64,000 nucleotides of DNA. It comes from Planctomycetia bacterium. GTDB taxonomy: Bacteria; Planctomycetota; UBA8108; SXIK01. A program made the position numbers and the translations under genes. Shown here one piece after another: positions 58,410 through 64,000 of the stretch. The number at the start of each line of letters is the position of its first letter. Positions within the stretch are counted from its first letter, which is position 1. The notes under the pieces were generated by a model that worked only from the letters and a program-made list of their open reading frames with translations, had not been told where the DNA came from and made no database searches. Where the stretch lies: assembly GCA_005772855.1 (NCBI GenBank), contig SXIK01000010.1, forward strand, positions 2,886-66,885, given 5' to 3'.

Positions 58410-59139
58410 TAGCCTTACCAATTCTCTAGAAAGTTGTGTAGAGACAGAGGAATCGACACCTTTTCTCTTTCGGTCGCCCGGCCCTGTCTTCGTTAGAAGA
58501 AGGCAGAAAGACGAGATTCACCGCCCGCTTCTTACCAACCAGGGAGGTTTTCCCTGGTATCCATCGGGTTGCGGCGCTCGCAAGGGCCGAGAACGTGCCT
58601 TCACAATCCTTGAAGTCGCGATTTATTCCTCTCTCCTCATCTTGCTGGGGAGCCCCTTCGTGACGCTGGTGCTCACCTCCACTCGCGCGACCGCGGAGAA
58701 CGATACCGTCAACAAAGTCGAGACCGAAAATCGTAAGGGCCTCTTTCGCATGGAGCGGGAACTCAAGAGGGCTTTATTGACCTCGGTCTCCGTCGGCAAC
58801 TCCGGCCTGTCGCTAACATTCACTCCACCAAATGGATTCGATGGCACGGCGGCAATTGCCGGACAACAGGTTCAATTCCAGTTTCGTCCGAGATCCGGCG
58901 AGACGATGAATGGCGCTGACGACAATCAAAACGGCATCGTCGACGAGGGCGAGCTCGTCCGGCGAGACATGGTGACTGGAACGGAAGTCGTCGTGGCCAC
59001 AGGCTTCAACCTGGCCACGTCGGGATTCGCGATGTCTGGTAGCACCATCACGATCACGATCGAGTCACTGGCTTCAGTGGATCGACGGTACGGAACCGTC
59101 ACGGTCTCCAACTCCCTCAGCATTTCTCCCCGCAACTGA
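58396..59139 (+). CDS. Minor (pseudo)pilin, PilW/PulJ-like
   Basis: RA|FTILEVAI type III signal-like motif. True start unclear. Confidence 0.72.
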   Translation: MGRSISLTNSLESCVETEESTPFLFRSPGPVFVRRRQKDEIHRPLLTNQGGFPWYPSGCGARKGRERAFTILEVAIYSSLLILLGSPFVTLVLTSTRATAENDTVNKVETENRKGLFRMERELKRALLTSVSVGNSGLSLTFTPPNGFDGTAAIAGQQVQFQFRPRSGETMNGADDNQNGIVDEGELVRRDMVTGTEVVVATGFNLATSGFAMSGSTITITIESLASVDRRYGTVTVSNSLSISPRN

Positions 59140-59151
59140 GTCCCACCGTCA

Positions 59152-60351
59152 ATGAAAGGAAGCAAGCCCATGAGGAATACAACCGGTACAAACGACGGAC
59201 ACGCGATCCTGATCGTGCTGATCCTCATGACATTCCTGGCGGCTCTGGCCACGGCGCAGTTCGCGGTGGCGCAGAAGAACTCCCAGTCCGCCGCCTACTT
59301 GAGAGACTACTGCGCCCTCAAGCAGTACGCGGACTCGGGCATTGGCCTCGCCATGCACGACCTGCAGCATGATCTCTCCGGCAACAAAGGCAAGATAGGC
59401 ACCGTGAGCTGGACCGTGGCTTCGGACTACGGGAGGGACGGCTATGCCGGGACGCTTGACGAGGGCGAGGGTGACGGCGTCCCCACCCCCGGGGAACCCA
59501 ACGTCGCCCCGGTCTCCGTGGGGCCGTCGAGCCTCGCGGCGGGGCTCATCGTGCACGTCGCTGACAGCGGATTTGCCAATACGAAACGGATCGTCGCGGT
59601 CGCAGCCAACGCCAATGCGACCGCGACCGTGTCAACCTTCGTACGCAGCACCCCGGCCTCGCTCCCGAAAGTGGCGGCCATGTACGTCGACCCAAACTTG
59701 GCGCTGGATCTAAAGGGCAACGCTTTCCTCATCGATGGCAATGACCACAAACTCGACGGCACCCCTCTTTCAGGCGGCGCCGTGCCCGGCATCGCGACGG
59801 CCATTGGCAGCCCGGCAGGAACCAACAAGACTCTGCTGCTTTCTCAAATTCCAAGCAAGAGTTACGACCAGATCATCGGCAAGGACACCAGCCCCTCGAT
59901 CGGAGAGCAGGCCGGCGTGGACCTTGCGACGATCTTCAATTCCCTGAAGGCCGCGAAGACCGTTACTCTAACCCCCGGAACGTACTCGAACTCAACCATG
60001 GGCACGCTGGCCAATCCCGAATTCACCTATGTCAGCGGCGACCTCCAGCTCTCTGGAAATGGAACTGGCGCCGGCGCACTTGTGGTGGAGGGGTCCGTCA
60101 CGTTCACCGGGCAGTTTGATTTCAAGGGCATCGTCGTGGTGCTCGGCGACATACGACTCACAGGGGGAGGTGCGGGAGTCCACGTGTACGGAAGCGTCCT
60201 GGCAGGCGAGTCGTTCACGGCCGTGGACACCACATCATCCGACGTCACACTTTCCGGAAACGCCGACATCTATTACAGCTCCGAGGCCATCAGCATGGTC
60301 GAAGGCAATATGAGAACTTCGTACGCCATTGTGTACTGGGACGATCAATGA
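59152..60351 (+). CDS. PilX-like protein with Gly-rich beta-helix C-terminus
   Basis: DG|HAILIVLILM (no E5), ADSGIGLA, GALVVEG..F.GIVVV.G. Confidence 0.75.
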   Translation: MKGSKPMRNTTGTNDGHAILIVLILMTFLAALATAQFAVAQKNSQSAAYLRDYCALKQYADSGIGLAMHDLQHDLSGNKGKIGTVSWTVASDYGRDGYAGTLDEGEGDGVPTPGEPNVAPVSVGPSSLAAGLIVHVADSGFANTKRIVAVAANANATATVSTFVRSTPASLPKVAAMYVDPNLALDLKGNAFLIDGNDHKLDGTPLSGGAVPGIATAIGSPAGTNKTLLLSQIPSKSYDQIIGKDTSPSIGEQAGVDLATIFNSLKAAKTVTLTPGTYSNSTMGTLANPEFTYVSGDLQLSGNGTGAGALVVEGSVTFTGQFDFKGIVVVLGDIRLTGGGAGVHVYGSVLAGESFTAVDTTSSDVTLSGNADIYYSSEAISMVEGNMRTSYAIVYWDDQ

Positions 60352-60366
60352 GAAGCGAGGGTCAGA

Positions 60367-61101
60367 ATGAACATGAAAAATAGCGAAAGAATGGCTTTTC
60401 TTGCACCGGTTCCAGCGCGTTGGCTCCTCGTCCTGATTTGCACTCTCTTGCCCCGGGCCTCCTCGGCCGAAGACCCACAACCTACCCAGACTGAAAACAC
60501 GGGCAAGGAGCTGGACCGGTTTCGAGCGGCCATTGCAACGCTGGATTCGTCCGGGGAGACCCAGCCGATTCTTCGCGCAATGGAAACCCTGAGAACGGGT
60601 TACCCACAATGCCGTCCTGTACTACTTGACTGCTTCAATACTGAATCCGTGCAGTTGAAGTGCTTTGCCCTCCAGGTCCTGGGCGAGCAGGGGGCGGGAG
60701 CTGACGACATCGAGGTCGTCTCGCGATCGCTAAGGGATCAAAAGCCCCGGATCCGGCTTGCCGCCATAATGGCCCTGCGACGCCTGGGCAAGGGAGGCTA
60801 CGAGGCTCTGGCCGCATACTTCCCCGGTGAGACGGACAATAATAACAAAAAGATGGCGGCAAAGACTTTTCAGGTCTGGAACACCGAGGAAGCACTTCCC
60901 TTGCTAGTGAAGTCCCTGGAGAGGGAAAAAGAGAAGACCGTGCGCAACTTCTTCGTGACCGCGCTTGAATCCTTGACTCATTGCAAGCTAGGCGACGACC
61001 CGTCTGCCTGGAAGACCTACCTCGAAAGCCTCCGTTTGAAGGAACAGGCCAGGGAACTCAAGAATATTCAGGGCAACAACGCCAAGGAGGAGAATCCATG
61101 A
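60367..61101 (+). CDS. Exported HEAT repeat protein
   Basis: Signal peptide; LRDQKPRIRLAAIMALRRLG; ALESLT..GDD..AW. Confidence 0.78.
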   Translation: MNMKNSERMAFLAPVPARWLLVLICTLLPRASSAEDPQPTQTENTGKELDRFRAAIATLDSSGETQPILRAMETLRTGYPQCRPVLLDCFNTESVQLKCFALQVLGEQGAGADDIEVVSRSLRDQKPRIRLAAIMALRRLGKGGYEALAAYFPGETDNNNKKMAAKTFQVWNTEEALPLLVKSLEREKEKTVRNFFVTALESLTHCKLGDDPSAWKTYLESLRLKEQARELKNIQGNNAKEENP

Positions 61102-61571
61102 AGCGTGAATCAGGATCCTTACTGATCGAGGTGGTCATCGCCATGACTCTGCTCACAGTGGGCCTTCTCGGCTACCTGCGTGCGTTTGCGTCATGTTCCA
61201 CCCTCACGGATGACGTCTCGGAGTACGAGAAGGCAAGGTTGACTCTGGAAAACACCGCGGAGACGCTGCGCAATGCCGACTTCAACACCGCGTATGCGAA
61301 TTACAACTGGGCCTTCCTCGAGACACCTGGTTTGAACTCCGGCTACTATCCGGGCTACAACATCAACGCGTTTGTCATTGTGAACTGCTTCGTTGACGAG
61401 AATAATCTGCCGGCCGAGTTTGGCCCGATTCTTGACCTGGATGGCTCCGGAGGGCTTGAGAACTCGAACTGCAGCGCGACGTACAGCCTGCTCCCCGTGA
61501 AGCTTTCCTTGAACTTCGCGGTGGGAAAAACCTCACGGACGATGGACCACTATCTGGTGCTTCGGCCGTAG
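61098..61571 (+). CDS. Minor (pseudo)pilin, PilV-like
   Basis: SG|SLLIEVVIAMTLL with E5; AGGAGG SD; ATGA overlap with the previous gene. Confidence 0.78.
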   Translation: MKRESGSLLIEVVIAMTLLTVGLLGYLRAFASCSTLTDDVSEYEKARLTLENTAETLRNADFNTAYANYNWAFLETPGLNSGYYPGYNINAFVIVNCFVDENNLPAEFGPILDLDGSGGLENSNCSATYSLLPVKLSLNFAVGKTSRTMDHYLVLRP

Positions 61572-61657
61572 TGGATCCCCGGAGAAGCCGGCGCGCGAAG
61601 CGCTTGCGGTATTCCCATTGTCTGCCTGGGGAAGGGTTATTTTCTGACCGGCTCAGA

Positions 61658-64000
61658 TCACCCCGGGACAGAAGAGCCCGCGTCCCGTAACTCCTGCAAA
61701 CGAATTCCAGCTTGCAGGTAACGCAAGTAGACGTTTCGCTTTGTGAGGCCCAGTTCCTTCGAAATGCGCGCCACGTCCCCGCCACAGACCTCAAAGAGGT
61801 GGAGGAGAAACTCCCGCTTCACGTCCGCAAGCACTTGCTCGTAAGTGCGGCCGGTGAAGGCCCAACGCGGAAACGAAATGCGTGATTTCTCGAGCCCGAG
61901 CACGTGCGCAACCTGCTTCTCGTCGACGGTCGCTCCGGCGGTTAACGAAAGGCGACGGATCACCGATTCGAGCTCGCGCACGTTGCCTGGCCAGGAGTGA
62001 CACTTGAGCAGTTCCAGAGCACGCGGCGCCAGGTCGGGAGCATGTCCGCGCATTTGCCCGCGGAAATGATCCATCAGTAGCGGCACGTCTTCGGCTCGCT
62101 CCCTCAGAGGTGGGACCTCAATGGAGATCCCACGGAGGCGATAAAAAAGGTCTTTCCTGAACTCCCCGGCAGCCATCAAGCTACCCAGGTCTCGCTGGCT
62201 GCTCGAGATTAGCCGAACATCCATCTCTATCTCCACCAGGGAGCCCAGCGGACGAACAGCGCTCGTCTCAAGCATACGCACAAGCTTCGCTTGCACCTCG
62301 GGAGTCAGGGAGTCGACGTTATCGAGGTAAAACGTGCCTCCCTGGGCCTGGGCCATGCAACCCACTCGAGCGCGCTCCGCGCCCGTAAAAGCCCCCACCT
62401 CGTAGCCGAAAATCTCCGCCTCAAGAAGCGCCGCTGGAATCGCCGAACAGTCCTGCGCCACAAAGGGTCCTTCACGGCACGGACTTACAGAATGGATCCA
62501 GTGGGCCAGGTGATCCTTTCCTGTGCCCGACTCGCCCGTGAGGAGGACCGGCAGCTTCGAGTCGCGCGTACGCTCGATCAAGCTCACGACCTCACACATC
62601 CTTGGCGACTTGCTCGCGAGCAGGATCGGACTCAGCGTGCGAGTTTGCGTGGACATTTCCGAGGGGGAGGCGGTGGGGGGCAACGGTTGCGCCAGATCCG
62701 GGCGCTGGCGCGCCAGCGCTTCACCCACGAGCACGCCCGCGGCTTCGAGGAAGTCGGGGAGGTCCGCAGCGAGGGGATCTGTCCCGGCGAGGAGGAAAAT
62801 CACCCCCCAGCGCCGTGTGCCCGGCCCGCGCACCTCGGCACACCACCCATGCGGCACAGCTCCACTGCCTGTCCCGAGACAGGCCCTTCGCAAGACGTCG
62901 AGGTCCTGGCGGAATTCGACGACGCGGCCCCGAACAACGCTTCGGCCCATGCCCTCCTCGAGAAAAATTGCACCACCCGCCGCCTCTGCCCCCTCCATGA
63001 TCCAATCGAGCGCTTGAGACAGCTCCACAGTGCGCCGGAGCAAAAGGAGCGTCTCGTACCGCCGGCTCGCGGCTCGCGCCTCCTCCGCCGGGCCTGCTTT
63101 GCCGCTGGCATCCTTCCCGAGCCCAAGACGAATTTGGTGCTCTCGCGCGAGGTAGCTTCTGCGGTCCTCCGGCTTGAGCCCACGGACAAACGCTGCCCTG
63201 GAAAAGCGCAGCCTGCGGCGAGCGCCGGGAACCTCGTGCTCGGAGGCGACCAGATCGAACAGCCACCGCACTTCTCCCTGCAGGGCCGAGCTGAGTTGCG
63301 TGGCGGCATCTCGCAGCCTCTTGCGCACCGCTTGGCCTCCCGGGCGGCCAACGAGCAGATCTAGACGCGCCTCGAGCCACGGGAGCAGTCGCGCGGCGCC
63401 TCGCGAGCCGCTTCCAGCTTCGTGAATGCCGATCGCGGCTCGGGCCTCCTTGATCCGCGTCCTTGCGTTGGCGGCATCGCGACGACGCAAGGCAACCTCG
63501 ACCATCGCGATGGAGCACTGAAACGAGCCGGGGGCTTGCTTCGTGCCATTGAAGATCTTCCTCGTCCGATGGAAGATCCGCTCGGCAAGCTCAAGATCGC
63601 CCAGCTCCAGGCGAGTCAGCCCGTGATACAGGCGATCCCACAATCCGGCGTGGTCGATGGCGCGCCAGTCGGTGGGTAAGGCGCCGAGAAGCGCGCGGGC
63701 TTCCTTGCATCGGCCACAAAGGGCCTCGAGGTAGGCACCGCGTGCCGCCGCGGAGCGCTCCAGCCGCGGATCAAGCTTGGAGCGCAAGAGCGCATCGAGG
63801 ATCTCACGCGCATGGCACCACCTTCCCTCAAGGATCTCGTTTTCGAGGAGGAAGATCCGCGCCGAGGAGGCGACGAGCGGATCGGGCACCTCCTCGGCAA
63901 TACGGATCGATTCCAGCCAGGCCTCGCGGGAGTCCTCGAGCGCCAGCCTTGCCACGAGCCCCTTCGTATAAAGGAGGAAGAGGTGTGCTCGGCGAGATCG
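61658..64000 (-). CDS. Sigma54-dependent Fis-family activator with TPR-like N-terminal region (5' end outside the window)
   Basis: GESGTGKD, GAFTGA, WPGNVREL, C-terminal HTH; frame is open to base 64000. Confidence 0.9.
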   Translation of the reverse strand, partial: RSRRAHLFLLYTKGLVARLALEDSREAWLESIRIAEEVPDPLVASSARIFLLENEILEGRWCHAREILDALLRSKLDPRLERSAAARGAYLEALCGRCKEARALLGALPTDWRAIDHAGLWDRLYHGLTRLELGDLELAERIFHRTRKIFNGTKQAPGSFQCSIAMVEVALRRRDAANARTRIKEARAAIGIHEAGSGSRGAARLLPWLEARLDLLVGRPGGQAVRKRLRDAATQLSSALQGEVRWLFDLVASEHEVPGARRRLRFSRAAFVRGLKPEDRRSYLAREHQIRLGLGKDASGKAGPAEEARAASRRYETLLLLRRTVELSQALDWIMEGAEAAGGAIFLEEGMGRSVVRGRVVEFRQDLDVLRRACLGTGSGAVPHGWCAEVRGPGTRRWGVIFLLAGTDPLAADLPDFLEAAGVLVGEALARQRPDLAQPLPPTASPSEMSTQTRTLSPILLASKSPRMCEVVSLIERTRDSKLPVLLTGESGTGKDHLAHWIHSVSPCREGPFVAQDCSAIPAALLEAEIFGYEVGAFTGAERARVGCMAQAQGGTFYLDNVDSLTPEVQAKLVRMLETSAVRPLGSLVEIEMDVRLISSSQRDLGSLMAAGEFRKDLFYRLRGISIEVPPLRERAEDVPLLMDHFRGQMRGHAPDLAPRALELLKCHSWPGNVRELESVIRRLSLTAGATVDEKQVAHVLGLEKSRISFPRWAFTGRTYEQVLADVKREFLLHLFEVCGGDVARISKELGLTKRNVYLRYLQAGIRLQELRDAGSSVPG

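Noticed and set aside
1-64000. CRISPR array, rRNA, tRNA, tmRNA or RNase P RNA
   Set aside because: No regularly spaced direct repeats or signature sequences seen by eye; a covariance search would be needed to exclude divergent RNAs.

Overview
GC-rich bacterial chromosomal window, most likely Planctomycetota (inferred from the PVC-type CxxCH dehydrogenase fusion, DUF1080, RGD-type dockerin-like domains and DCNGNGIPD motif). It carries housekeeping genes (metH, zwf/opcA, panD/panB, glgC, glgP, galT, prs-like, siroheme reductase), three RlmI/RlmK-like RNA methyltransferases, an archaeal/eukaryote-type Pus10, a minor-pilin cluster and a sigma54 activator cut by the window edge. Features absent from the ORF track: two very basic micro-proteins (one bL37-like, behind a possible attenuator), a frameshift in the first FG-GAP gene, a decayed IS110 5' end, and a family of structured MITE-like repeats, two of which bracket an orphan gene. 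The most striking protein is a secreted ~918-aa chain of 16 Cys-rich repeats with symmetric CX3CX10CX9CX10CX3C spacing ending in a dockerin-like domain. No rRNA, tRNA or CRISPR array was recognised. All calls come from reading motifs by eye; no database searches were run.
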